This document shows, piece by piece, positions 8,572 through 17,523 of a stretch of DNA of 64,000 nt; the stretch's first letter is position 1, and every line of letters begins with the position of its first letter. A program made the position numbers and the translations under genes. Below the pieces are notes generated by a model that ran no database searches, had not been told where the DNA came from, and worked only from the letters and a program-made list of their open reading frames with translations. Source of the DNA: an uncultured Clostridia bacterium (GTDB taxonomy: Bacteria > Bacillota > Clostridia > Lachnospirales > Lachnospiraceae); NCBI GenBank assembly GCA_947385955.1, contig CANDNA010000001.1, positions 167,065 to 231,064 on the forward strand, in the 5' to 3' direction.

Positions 8572-11163
8572 TTAATAGCCTCTCCTTTTCCGCTCGTCCT
8601 GCAGCCGCCTTTCCAGCTTCTGATATACCTGCTGTGTAATCCGGTTGATCTGGACCGAAACTTCCGTCCCGGAAACAGTCTGGATTTTCTGAATTTCCGG
8701 CTGGCTGTATCCCGCAGACTTCCCGGAAGGGTTCTGTTTCCCTGACCTGTTTTTCTCTCCTTCGCCGTTTGCAGCCCCCTGGGACAACACAGTCTGCCTG
8801 AGTCGGTGTAATTGTTCCTGCAGCTCTTCTTCCCACCCGGAGGTCTGGCTTTGATAAAACAGTTCTGCCCCAGGCACCCCATCCTGCCTCCGCCCGCTGC
8901 CTTTTCCATCTGTCTGTCCTGATACCAGGCTTTTGTATGCCGATTCAAAAACCGGTATTTTTTCCCATACACCCACCTGCCTGTCCGCCGCTTTCCCGAC
9001 CGGCTGGTCGTCCGCATATAAAAAGGCTTCTCTTTCCCGGCTGTCCTCTGCAGGCGCTTCTCTGTTTCCCGCCCGGCCTTCTGTCTTTCCTCCGGCTTCT
9101 TCCAGCACCGTATGTAATGCAAGCATCATTTCCTGCTGCCGCTCCGGCTCCGTCTGCCCGGTCTGCTCCATTCGCCGCCGGATGTTCTGATATTCCTCAT
9201 ACAGACCGGGATCTCTCTGTAACAGGGCTGCTTCGCAGGCAGAAGATTTCTGCCCGGCCAGTCCTTCCCGTTTTGCCACCGCTTCCATAACCGCCTCCGG
9301 ATGCTCCAGAAAATGCAGGCCATCTCTCTGCATTCCTTTCCGGTCCGGCACAATATGATCCGCTGCGGCTTCCTGTCTGTCACCGCAGGATTCCACCAGT
9401 TTTTTGATCTGCAGATTCCGTTCATTGACCTGATCCAGAAAATGACGCCATTCCTGCATTTCATGGGCTGCCGTCTTTTGTTCCGGCTCCCCCTGTTCCG
9501 CATCCTCTGTATCAGCCCTGGCCTGCACCGGGTTTTTTTGTACTCTCTCTTCCCGGTCCCGGAGCAGTGCCCCGCCGATCTGATCCATCCCCACCCCTTC
9601 CTGTTCCGGCTTTATCAGGGCCGTTTTCTGCATCAGCTTTATCAGGGCTGCTTCCTGCTCCGACCCTGTCAGGGCCGCTGACTGCTCCGGCTCTGTCAGG
9701 GCTGTTTCCCGCATCGGCTCCGTCAGGGCTGCTTCCTGTTCCGGCTTTATCAGGACCGCTTCCTGCATCAGCTTTATCAGGACTGCTTCCTGCTGCGGCT
9801 CTTCCAGGGACATTCCCTGTTCCTCCGGATATCCGATGATGCTTCCTGTCTCCGGCCGCCTGCCCTGTCTCCGGACATTTGGGCTGTCCTTTTCTCCCTG
9901 CTCTGTCCCGTCAGCCTGCTCTTTTCCTTTCTGTCTTATCACATGGGTCAATTCTTCCATCTGTTCCTGCAGATTCCGGAGCTTCCAAAGGCCCTGCGCC
10001 TCCTCCTTCAGTCCGGCCGGCTGCTCTGACACGCCGTATGCCTGTCCCGTATCCACCAGTTCTCTGTCCTTCCATTCCGGTAAATCTTCCAGCAGATCAG
10101 CTGACTGCTCTGCCCATCCCTGCCATCCGGCCCCATAGTCCGGCTCACCATACTGCCAAAGCCTTTCTTCCACATAGCGGAGCTGTTCCGCTTCCTGAGC
10201 CAATATAACAGTGGAGCTGTTTCCCTCCGGTGTCTGCCGTCCCATCCCTGCGCCGGCCTGTTCCAGCACCGGACGGGCTGCCTGATACAGGACAGTGGAA
10301 TAGTCTTTCCAGCTCATGGAACCCGCCTGTTCCCGATCCACCGGGATTCGCTGGGCCACAAACAGCAGAATGGCCGCAGACAGCATTTCTTCCGCCTTTT
10401 GTGAAGACAGCTCTCCTGCCTTTTCCCCTGGACTGAGCGGATAAAAGGTATCCCCACAGGCCACATGGCCGTTTTCCCTGCCTGCCCTGCGGCGTTCCTC
10501 TTCCAGGCGCAGTATAACCGCGTTTTTAAAAAAGTCCGTCAACCCTGTCCATTCCCTCAGATACCGGGACCATTCCACTGTTCTGCTGACTTTGACATGT
10601 GCTTTTAATATCTCTGCTGTGACAGCCGTCCCCAGTCTGTCATATACTGCATATTCCAGACCCCGTCCGTTTCTCAGCTGCTTTCCGTTTTCCCCGGCAG
10701 TCTCCTGCTCCGTTTCGTTCAGCAGCCGCCTCAGAAACAGACCGCTTTTTTGATATTGCTTTGTCAGCTCCGCAATCCGCCCACTTTCTTCCCGGTAGCG
10801 GTCCAGATTCCGGAAAAATACCCCCGTCTGCCTGACGCCTGCCTGGCGCAGCAGGTTTGTGACAAATACGATATCCTGATAGGTAAATTTTCCGCTTATA
10901 TACAGGCAGAGCCTGTTAAAAAGCTGACTGACCAGCTCTGTCTGTACCTGTCCGTTTCTCTGTCCGTTCCCGGTCAGCCCTCTGCCGCCGGTTTCCACCA
11001 GCAGTACCTGCGGCAAAACCATCGTCATATGCAGCAATTCCACGGGAGGAATGTGTTTTGGGAAAAAACGGTAATTGCCTTCTGTTTTTTCAAACAGGGA
11101 ATTGCCCGCCGCCGGAAAGGGCCTGAGACATTTCGTCTGCAGCGGCTTTTGTATCTTCAGCAT
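8572..11163 (-). CDS. Putative tail tape-measure-like protein (863 aa) with internal 9-aa tandem repeats
   Basis: Sits between the tube genes and the hub genes, as tape measures do in P2-like modules. Low-complexity Glu/Gln/Ala-rich and coiled-coil-prone, with about eight 9-aa repeats. AAAGGAG RBS. The assignment rests on position and composition only. Confidence 0.4.
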   Translation of the reverse strand: MLKIQKPLQTKCLRPFPAAGNSLFEKTEGNYRFFPKHIPPVELLHMTMVLPQVLLVETGGRGLTGNGQRNGQVQTELVSQLFNRLCLYISGKFTYQDIVFVTNLLRQAGVRQTGVFFRNLDRYREESGRIAELTKQYQKSGLFLRRLLNETEQETAGENGKQLRNGRGLEYAVYDRLGTAVTAEILKAHVKVSRTVEWSRYLREWTGLTDFFKNAVILRLEEERRRAGRENGHVACGDTFYPLSPGEKAGELSSQKAEEMLSAAILLFVAQRIPVDREQAGSMSWKDYSTVLYQAARPVLEQAGAGMGRQTPEGNSSTVILAQEAEQLRYVEERLWQYGEPDYGAGWQGWAEQSADLLEDLPEWKDRELVDTGQAYGVSEQPAGLKEEAQGLWKLRNLQEQMEELTHVIRQKGKEQADGTEQGEKDSPNVRRQGRRPETGSIIGYPEEQGMSLEEPQQEAVLIKLMQEAVLIKPEQEAALTEPMRETALTEPEQSAALTGSEQEAALIKLMQKTALIKPEQEGVGMDQIGGALLRDREERVQKNPVQARADTEDAEQGEPEQKTAAHEMQEWRHFLDQVNERNLQIKKLVESCGDRQEAAADHIVPDRKGMQRDGLHFLEHPEAVMEAVAKREGLAGQKSSACEAALLQRDPGLYEEYQNIRRRMEQTGQTEPERQQEMMLALHTVLEEAGGKTEGRAGNREAPAEDSREREAFLYADDQPVGKAADRQVGVWEKIPVFESAYKSLVSGQTDGKGSGRRQDGVPGAELFYQSQTSGWEEELQEQLHRLRQTVLSQGAANGEGEKNRSGKQNPSGKSAGYSQPEIQKIQTVSGTEVSVQINRITQQVYQKLERRLQDERKRRGY
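9605..9805. repeat. Tandem repeat, ~8 copies of a 27-nt unit (cYGGCTYTRTCAGGGCYGCTTCCTGCW) inside the tape-measure-like gene
   Basis: Seen directly in the sequence. It encodes the 9-aa periodicity ...IKLMQEAVL IKPEQEAAL TEPMRETAL TEPEQSAAL TGSEQEAAL IKLMQKTAL IKPEQEG... Confidence 0.8.
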
Positions 11164-11185
11164 AGTCTGCTCCTTTTGCCCGTCA

Positions 11186-11647
11186 TCAGGATTCCACCAT
11201 AAGCCTCTGGTAAGCGATTTTGGTCGTTTCTGTCAAAAGGCCGCTGCCGCCGGCGTCCAGTTCCCCATAGGTTTTTCCCATAACGATGCATCCATAGAAA
11301 GTAAACGTCCTTACCGGACTGCCAAACTTTCCGGCAGCAGAGGATACATACAAGACAAGGGGCATTTCCAACTGCTTTCCCAACGGCAGCGGGTCAAAAT
11401 ACTCTGCACAGACATACCGTTCCACTTCCAGAATAAACGGGGAAGAAACCGGTTTTCTGCGCAGATGCACATAATCATTCACACCGCCTTCCTGTATGGA
11501 TTCATACTCCAGCTCTCTGGTTATGGCACTGATCTTTTTGCAGGGCAGGTCATAGTTTCCTTCCACCCGCAGCAGGAAGTTAAAACTGACCGCCGGATTT
11601 TTCAATATTTCATTTCCCATTCTTCCCGGTTCTCTGTACAGCGCCAT
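11186..11647 (-). CDS. Contractile-system tube protein, second paralog (T4 gp19-like), 153 aa
   Basis: About 150 aa, with the shared fold motif NFLLRVEG (compare NFLVTVDS in the other tube protein). About 200 bp of spacer lies upstream. Confidence 0.65.
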   Translation of the reverse strand: MALYREPGRMGNEILKNPAVSFNFLLRVEGNYDLPCKKISAITRELEYESIQEGGVNDYVHLRRKPVSSPFILEVERYVCAEYFDPLPLGKQLEMPLVLYVSSAAGKFGSPVRTFTFYGCIVMGKTYGELDAGGSGLLTETTKIAYQRLMVES

Positions 11648-11859
11648 CCCGGTTCCTTTCTACCTGTCAGGCTTTAAGTCAAAAATATTCTTTTCCTGTT
11701 TTTCTTTGGAGGGATTCACTCTTTTATGAATCTCAGAAATCTCATGGCACCACCTTCTCCGGCTTTTATGATCCAGTTCCATCACTTCCCTGTTGTCCCA
11801 GTGGAAATAATAAGCGATAAATGCCATTTCCTGATAAAGCTGCTGCTCCGGATAGAGTG

Positions 11860-12222
11860 TCAGCCCTCTTGTGTAAAATTTAGCGGCACATCATGGCTGT
11901 GCCCGCAGGACGGACACACCACCCGCATCACCGGCGGCTCGATATCATTGATCCGCTGGTACATATCCTGCAAAAACGCCAGATCCGCCGTAAACATTTT
12001 CTCCACTATGGAAGCCGTTACCACTTCCACACCTTCCAGCTCGGTGATTACTTTTGATAAAATCACCACCGACAGATAAGAAGGATTGCTCAGCACTCTC
12101 GGATCTCTCGTAGCGCTGATTTCATCCCCGGCCGTGGCAAGGCGCATCTTTCCCCGCCTGCTCACCTCTCCTGCCTGATTCACATAGCCTTTGGGCAGTT
12201 GAAAGTCAAAAATCGTTGTCAT
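11860..12222 (-). CDS. Small contractile-system-associated protein (120 aa) with a C-terminal CPSCGH zinc-ribbon-like motif. Function unknown.
   Basis: Conserved position between the two tube genes. VVCPSCGHSH motif at the C-terminus. No recognisable family. Confidence 0.4.
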   Translation of the reverse strand: MTTIFDFQLPKGYVNQAGEVSRRGKMRLATAGDEISATRDPRVLSNPSYLSVVILSKVITELEGVEVVTASIVEKMFTADLAFLQDMYQRINDIEPPVMRVVCPSCGHSHDVPLNFTQEG

Positions 12223-12238
12223 CTTTTTCTATTCCTTT

Positions 12239-12733
12239 TTAATTCGGTATCACCAATTCCTCATATGCAATCTCCACCGATTCAATGGCCACTTCGCTGG
12301 CAGTGGAATTTAAATCCGGCGCAGTGTATTTTGTCACCCAGGCATTGGTCAGAACCCATACTCTGGTACCGCTGATACTTGTTACCGGTGTGGAAGGCGC
12401 ACCTGCGTTAATATCAATCAATTCAATGGACACTTTGGAACGGGGCATCTCTCCCCTGGTTTCACTGACGCAGTCCTGTATCCATGTCTTGAAAGCATTG
12501 TCAATGGTATAGCCCATTTTCAGGGTAACATTCCCATGCTTGACAAGTCCCGGTACTTTCACCGGCGCCAGGCTGTGGGAATTGCCCTGACGGAACTCGA
12601 TCACATCCACCGAAGCCTCCACTCCGCTGACCTCGGTAAAAGCAGCCGTTCCGCTGACCGAATCCACTGTCACAAGGAAATTCATTTTTGTCAGGGGATA
12701 GAAAAGCCCCGATCCATTCTCATATGCTGCCAT
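12239..12733 (-). CDS. Contractile-system inner tube protein (T4 gp19 / Afp1-like), 164 aa
   Basis: Immediately downstream of the sheath gene. About 160 aa. MAAYENGSGLFYPLTKMNFLVTVDS... matches the 'phage tail protein' tube family typical of eCIS / T6SS-iv loci. Confidence 0.8.
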   Translation of the reverse strand: MAAYENGSGLFYPLTKMNFLVTVDSVSGTAAFTEVSGVEASVDVIEFRQGNSHSLAPVKVPGLVKHGNVTLKMGYTIDNAFKTWIQDCVSETRGEMPRSKVSIELIDINAGAPSTPVTSISGTRVWVLTNAWVTKYTAPDLNSTASEVAIESVEIAYEELVIPN

Positions 12734-12764
12734 AACTGTTCACTCCTTTTCTGCTTTGTGGGAC

Positions 12765-14462
12765 TTACCGGCCGGATGCCGACTCCGAGGTATACTGTGT
12801 CACCCTGAAAATTACAAATTCTGCCGGGCGCACCGGGGCAATGCCGATGTTGCAGATCAGCCGCCCGTTCCTGATATCATCCTGTGTCATCGTAGACGGA
12901 CCGATTTCCACAAAGAAACTTTCCTCCGGCGAGGCGCCTGCCAGCATACCGCTCCTCCACAGAGTTTCCAGAAAACCGCTGACAGTAAGACGCACTCTGG
13001 TCCACAGAGAAACATCATTCGGCTCAAATACCACCCAGCTTGTATTGGCCCGGATGCTTTCCTCCACATAGATAAAAAGCCTTCTTACATTGACATAGCG
13101 GAAGGTACTGTTACTGCCGACTGTCCGGGCGCCCCATACACGGATCCCCTGTCCCGGCAGCGCCCGGATCAGATTGATCCCTGCCGGATTCAGAATATCC
13201 TGCTCTTGTCTGGTAAAGGAAACCTTCAGACCGCTGCACAGCACCGTTTCATTGGCCGGCGCCTTATGTACACCTCTGGAACTGTCGGTTCTGGCATAGA
13301 CGCCCATCACCGCTCCGGAAGGGGGAAAATACCCATCCTTCTGTGTACAGCGGTCAAAACTCCGAAGCCAGGGATGATACATGGCTGCATAAGTACTGTC
13401 AATCATCTCCCTGTAGCGGAGCAGCTCTGCCGTATCACACATCTCTTCCGGCATATCCAGAACGGCAAAACGGCTGCCCGTCTTTTCACAGTGAGCCACT
13501 AAAGATACCATCACTTCCGCAGCGGTAACGCCGGGCACCGCCATCATACTCACCGTGTCATTTTCCAGAAATGACTGAATGCCTGTCCTCCTGCCGGCTC
13601 CCTCATCACGGCCGATAAAAGTACCGGCGTTTACCTGTTCTATACTGCCGTCGCTTCCACCTTCCAGCATAAAGGTCCCGGCAAAGATGTCCCCGCCCGA
13701 AACCGCGTCCGCAGGATTGTCCGCTCCGTCCTCTCTCTTCAGCGATACCCGGACCAGACGGCTCTTCTCCAGCCTGTTGCCTATATAATTGGGAGAAGCT
13801 ATATTAAAACTCAGATCACTGTAAATTTCCGTTTCGTCAAGATAACGGATCTGAAGTTCCGTTTCCGGAAGATACAGTACCCTCTCCGGTACCAGTCCTC
13901 CATCCACCACCTCTGTATCAAAAAGAGCTTCAAATGTGACATCATTGTCATAAATCGTCCGGATCCGGTTATACTTTCCGTCCACGGTAACAATATCCCC
14001 TTCTGCAAAACCGAAAATGGAACGTGCCCGATAAGTCCGCTCTCCTTTCTGCTCCATCAGCTGCAGTTTCTTTTTCAAAACAGTGGAAAAATTCATCTGG
14101 ATCCGATTTCCCCAGCTTCCTTCACTGGCTGCTTCCACCTGGAGGATATCGATTGTCGCACAGGCCTTTGCAGCGTCCTTTGGCGCTACCCGGCTCACAT
14201 AACAGCGTGTTCCCCCATTGGCAAAAAACTGCTCCACACTGCTGGCCAGATAACGGTATTCCCCATGCGTAAACTCACTCAAAGGACCGCCGAAAATCCG
14301 TAAAAATTCCGCATAGGACGGAACAAAAACCGGCGCCCCCGCTACAGGTCCCTTTACCGCCATCCCCACAAAACCGGCTGTGCTGGTTCCCACTCCCTCA
14401 ATTGTCCGGGGAGAATTGTCATACTCTTCCACATATACCCCCGGTGATAAATATTCTGCCAT
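12765..14462 (-). CDS. Contractile tail sheath protein, 565 aa
   Basis: The N-terminus MAEYLSPGVYVEEYDNSPRTIEGVGTSTAGFVGMAVKGP is the hallmark phage / eCIS sheath N-terminal motif. Size is about 560 aa. RBS present. Confidence 0.9.
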   Translation of the reverse strand: MAEYLSPGVYVEEYDNSPRTIEGVGTSTAGFVGMAVKGPVAGAPVFVPSYAEFLRIFGGPLSEFTHGEYRYLASSVEQFFANGGTRCYVSRVAPKDAAKACATIDILQVEAASEGSWGNRIQMNFSTVLKKKLQLMEQKGERTYRARSIFGFAEGDIVTVDGKYNRIRTIYDNDVTFEALFDTEVVDGGLVPERVLYLPETELQIRYLDETEIYSDLSFNIASPNYIGNRLEKSRLVRVSLKREDGADNPADAVSGGDIFAGTFMLEGGSDGSIEQVNAGTFIGRDEGAGRRTGIQSFLENDTVSMMAVPGVTAAEVMVSLVAHCEKTGSRFAVLDMPEEMCDTAELLRYREMIDSTYAAMYHPWLRSFDRCTQKDGYFPPSGAVMGVYARTDSSRGVHKAPANETVLCSGLKVSFTRQEQDILNPAGINLIRALPGQGIRVWGARTVGSNSTFRYVNVRRLFIYVEESIRANTSWVVFEPNDVSLWTRVRLTVSGFLETLWRSGMLAGASPEESFFVEIGPSTMTQDDIRNGRLICNIGIAPVRPAEFVIFRVTQYTSESASGR

Positions 14463-14486
14463 ACCATTCTCCTTCCTGTTTTTTCC

Positions 14487-14870
14487 CTATCGCAATACCT
14501 TCTTCTGTCCTGGATCCGCCACCGATATTACGCCGCCGAAAGCACACACCGTCTGTGCCTCACTGGTCAGACAGGGCACTCCCCCGGCCAGTATCTTTGT
14601 CTGTCCCTCTATCCACATCCCACTCACCTGGGGCGTACAGGGCTGTGGTACAATCACTCCTGTCACACTGAGCACCGGGGCAATCGCCGGATGCGTGGGG
14701 CAGACACAGGACGGACAGGGCATAATATTCACAAAAGCCGCGCCATCTTTTATCGTCATAGCCGGTTTTCCATCCAACAATACCTTCTGCTGGCTGGTGG
14801 CCGCCAAAGTTCCCGGCCCTGCGCCGCCGCTGCACAGGTACGCCGCCCCCGTTGCTACCAAAACTCCCAT
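14487..14870 (-). CDS. DUF4280 PAAR-like spike-sharpening protein, ~127 aa
   Basis: Motif ...MTIKDGAAFVNIMPCPSCVCPTHPAIAPVLSVTGV...CLTSEAQTVCAFGGVISV matches the DUF4280 pattern (NIMPFGxC...). Start chosen at MGVL (ATG 14870), which has an AGGAGG RBS. The ORF track begins 14 codons earlier. Confidence 0.75.
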   Translation of the reverse strand: MGVLVATGAAYLCSGGAGPGTLAATSQQKVLLDGKPAMTIKDGAAFVNIMPCPSCVCPTHPAIAPVLSVTGVIVPQPCTPQVSGMWIEGQTKILAGGVPCLTSEAQTVCAFGGVISVADPGQKKVLR

Positions 14871-14889
14871 TGTTCCCTCCTGCAGCCCG

Positions 14890-17484
14890 TCACGGACTGC
14901 TCTGTGTTCCATAATCCATCAATAAAGCCGTCAGTTCTTCCGATGCCGCAGTCACCTCTTCGTCGGCCAGTACTGCATAGCCGGTTCCGGGAATCACACA
15001 GGCCCGGCAGCCAAACTGCTCATACACATACTCCGGCGGCAAATACAAAACACCGGCATACCCGGCAGCCGCCTCCATTTCCTCAGTGCTCCCTCCGTTC
15101 CGGAATACCTGCTTCTGAAACGCAGTAAACTGATAATACACACTTCCTTTGGAAAGAATCACTGTTTTTCCTGTATCATGCCAGACATACCGATATCCCT
15201 TGCAGGCAGCCAGAGCCTGGCTGTTTACCAGCCCGTTTTTCTCTTCATACAGCCAGATCCCCTCCCGGCCCGCCAGAGAAGCAGCCAGAGCCCCGGCGCT
15301 CTCTGTCAGCGCTTCACTGCCCCAGGCATCGCCGCAGGCAGCCAGCGCTATGACTGCCGCCGTTTTTTCCTTTGGTGAAACCCCGGCAGCATCCGGGCCG
15401 TTTTCATTTTCCAGACTGCCGCCCAGCGCTTCCTCCAGAACAGATACGGCCTGCTCCGGCGTCAATGCCTCCTCCGGGGGATACGTCACCTCACTGCATA
15501 CGGCCACTGCCTCTTCGATCTTTTCCATGATTTCATCATACTCATTCTGTCCGCTCAGAAAACCGGCCTGGGCCATATCTTTATACACATCTTTCAATGC
15601 ATTCCCGGCCAGTGAAAAGCCGCCGCCAAGAGAGGCAATCAGCCCGTCCACACTGGCCTCCAGTTCCGACAGATGCTGCGCCCCGCTGCTTCGCAGCGCT
15701 TTTTGCGCATCGCTTTTCAGCCGTTCTATATTGGCAGCTTCGCTTCCGTCCGTTAACTGTGCGCTGGCAATGGCAATCTGTCCGTCCAGTGCGGCAATCC
15801 GGCTTCTGACTTCTGCCCCGCCACTGTCCTGTAACGCTTCCAGAGCTGCCTTTTCTTCATACAGCCGGTTCAGTCCGTCGGCCTGGGCCCTGGCTGCTTT
15901 CCGGATTTCCGCTTCCTTTGCCTCTATCCTGGCTTCCAGCCGTTTCGCCCTGTCCAGATCCAGGTCGTCCAGCGCTTCCAGCCGCTCTTCCTGCAGACTG
16001 GCTTTTTCCTCATACATGCGGTTTATCGGTATCTCCTCTGCTCCCGCCGTCATCCGGCTCAGCAGCATCTGCAGCCAGAGAAGATAACTGTCGGTGGATG
16101 CCTGCGCTGCCTGTTCATAAGCATCCCCAGGGACAGCGTCCAGAAAAGATGCCGCCTGCCTGATCCGCTCTCTGATATACTCCTGCGCTTCCTTATCTTC
16201 CATCCGGTCCACTGCCGCCTGAATATAAAACTGCAGTTCGTTCCGGGCCGTTTCATAAGCCGCCGTATCTTCTGCCATAATGTGTTCCAGTACCACGTGG
16301 GAAGCCTTTTCCTCCAGAGCTTCCTGATACCTCTGACTGATTCCCGGAGAAAGAGCCGACGCATATGCCGCATCCCCTGGCGGTATCAGCTCACTTTCCA
16401 GAAAAGCCAGTTCCCCGGCTGCATCACAGATTTCAGATTCCATAATATGCCCGAGCAGTATCAGATTCTGCACCTCCTCATCACAGGCGCTGTGATCCCC
16501 GGCCTGGGCATGTGATACCAGTGCCATTGCCAGACGGTATCTTACATTGTCCATCACCGTATCCCCCACGGCCAGCTCATTTCCCCGGGCCTGGTTCAAA
16601 GAGTCCATCAGATTCCGGCCGCTGTCCTGCATGGCTGTCAGCAGCGCCTGATCGAGCCGGAGAGGTTCGGATGTTTCCTCCTCTTCCCCTTCCGTATTCT
16701 TGCCGCCGCTCATTTCATCGCTCATCTCCTGTAAAGCGGCCGACAGACGTTCATACACCACCGCCCGCCTGCTGCAGTCCACCTTTCCCATGATTTCCTG
16801 TACCGTATCTTTTTCTTCCTGGGGCGCCCCGTTTTCGCACAATATCATATAATAGGACTGCAGCGCTTCCAACTGCTCATCATACTGCTGTGCCTCCCCG
16901 TCCTTCACATTGGTATCCTCAAAAAAACGCCGGATCCGATCCAGATTCCGTTTCATCTCCCGATCCGGGTCCGACCGGGAAAGCAGGTCATACTGCAGCT
17001 TCAAAGGCTCCAGCTCCGGCAGTGCGTCAATCTCATAAAGAGGCCGGATGGCAAACACCGACACAGCCTGCCCCGTACGCAGATCATAGGTAATGCCGTC
17101 CGCTCCTGTCCGATGGGTCAGAAACAGCGCTCCTATCTCCTCATTGTCCGCCATAATGCCCGTTTCCATCAGATCCGAAAGGGAAGCCGCATCCGTAATG
17201 TCCATCCACCTGCCGTCGGCCAGCTCCGATTTATAGTACCGGTTCCTCTGATTTGCATTGGATGCAGACGTTTCCGCAATCTGATACAGTTCATCCGTCA
17301 GTGCATGAAGATGGATCAGATGGGTCCCGATGATCAGCATGGAATCCTCTTCTGCCGCCGGGTCGATATGTACGCCGCTTTCTTCAAAAACAGCCTCCGT
17401 CGTCAGAAAAGTCCGCCAGATAAACACAGCCGCCAGGGCTCCCATCAGACTGCCTATGATATACTTTGCCGGTTTTCCTTTCAT
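14890..17484 (-). CDS. Membrane-anchored (single N-terminal TM) coiled-coil protein, 864 aa. Function unknown.
   Basis: Hydrophobic helix YIIGSLMGALAAVFIWRTFL at the N-terminus. Long Ala/Glu/Leu-rich segments with a heptad character. No Walker motifs. AGAGGA RBS. Co-oriented and tightly spaced with the sheath gene. Confidence 0.6.
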   Translation of the reverse strand: MKGKPAKYIIGSLMGALAAVFIWRTFLTTEAVFEESGVHIDPAAEEDSMLIIGTHLIHLHALTDELYQIAETSASNANQRNRYYKSELADGRWMDITDAASLSDLMETGIMADNEEIGALFLTHRTGADGITYDLRTGQAVSVFAIRPLYEIDALPELEPLKLQYDLLSRSDPDREMKRNLDRIRRFFEDTNVKDGEAQQYDEQLEALQSYYMILCENGAPQEEKDTVQEIMGKVDCSRRAVVYERLSAALQEMSDEMSGGKNTEGEEEETSEPLRLDQALLTAMQDSGRNLMDSLNQARGNELAVGDTVMDNVRYRLAMALVSHAQAGDHSACDEEVQNLILLGHIMESEICDAAGELAFLESELIPPGDAAYASALSPGISQRYQEALEEKASHVVLEHIMAEDTAAYETARNELQFYIQAAVDRMEDKEAQEYIRERIRQAASFLDAVPGDAYEQAAQASTDSYLLWLQMLLSRMTAGAEEIPINRMYEEKASLQEERLEALDDLDLDRAKRLEARIEAKEAEIRKAARAQADGLNRLYEEKAALEALQDSGGAEVRSRIAALDGQIAIASAQLTDGSEAANIERLKSDAQKALRSSGAQHLSELEASVDGLIASLGGGFSLAGNALKDVYKDMAQAGFLSGQNEYDEIMEKIEEAVAVCSEVTYPPEEALTPEQAVSVLEEALGGSLENENGPDAAGVSPKEKTAAVIALAACGDAWGSEALTESAGALAASLAGREGIWLYEEKNGLVNSQALAACKGYRYVWHDTGKTVILSKGSVYYQFTAFQKQVFRNGGSTEEMEAAAGYAGVLYLPPEYVYEQFGCRACVIPGTGYAVLADEEVTAASEELTALLMDYGTQSSP

Positions 17485-17523
17485 ATCTGATCCTCTGTGC
17501 GCTTTCGCTTCTTTCCTCTGCCG

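Noticed and set aside
9567-9839. Plus-strand ORF encoding PAPxxSGP-type repeats
   Set aside because: It is the reverse-strand reading of the 27-nt tandem repeats in the tape-measure-like gene.
15149-16087. 312-aa Ser/Ala-rich plus-strand ORF
   Set aside because: It is the shadow frame of the 864-aa coiled-coil gene, whose Ala/Glu/Leu codons read as Ser/Ala on the opposite strand.
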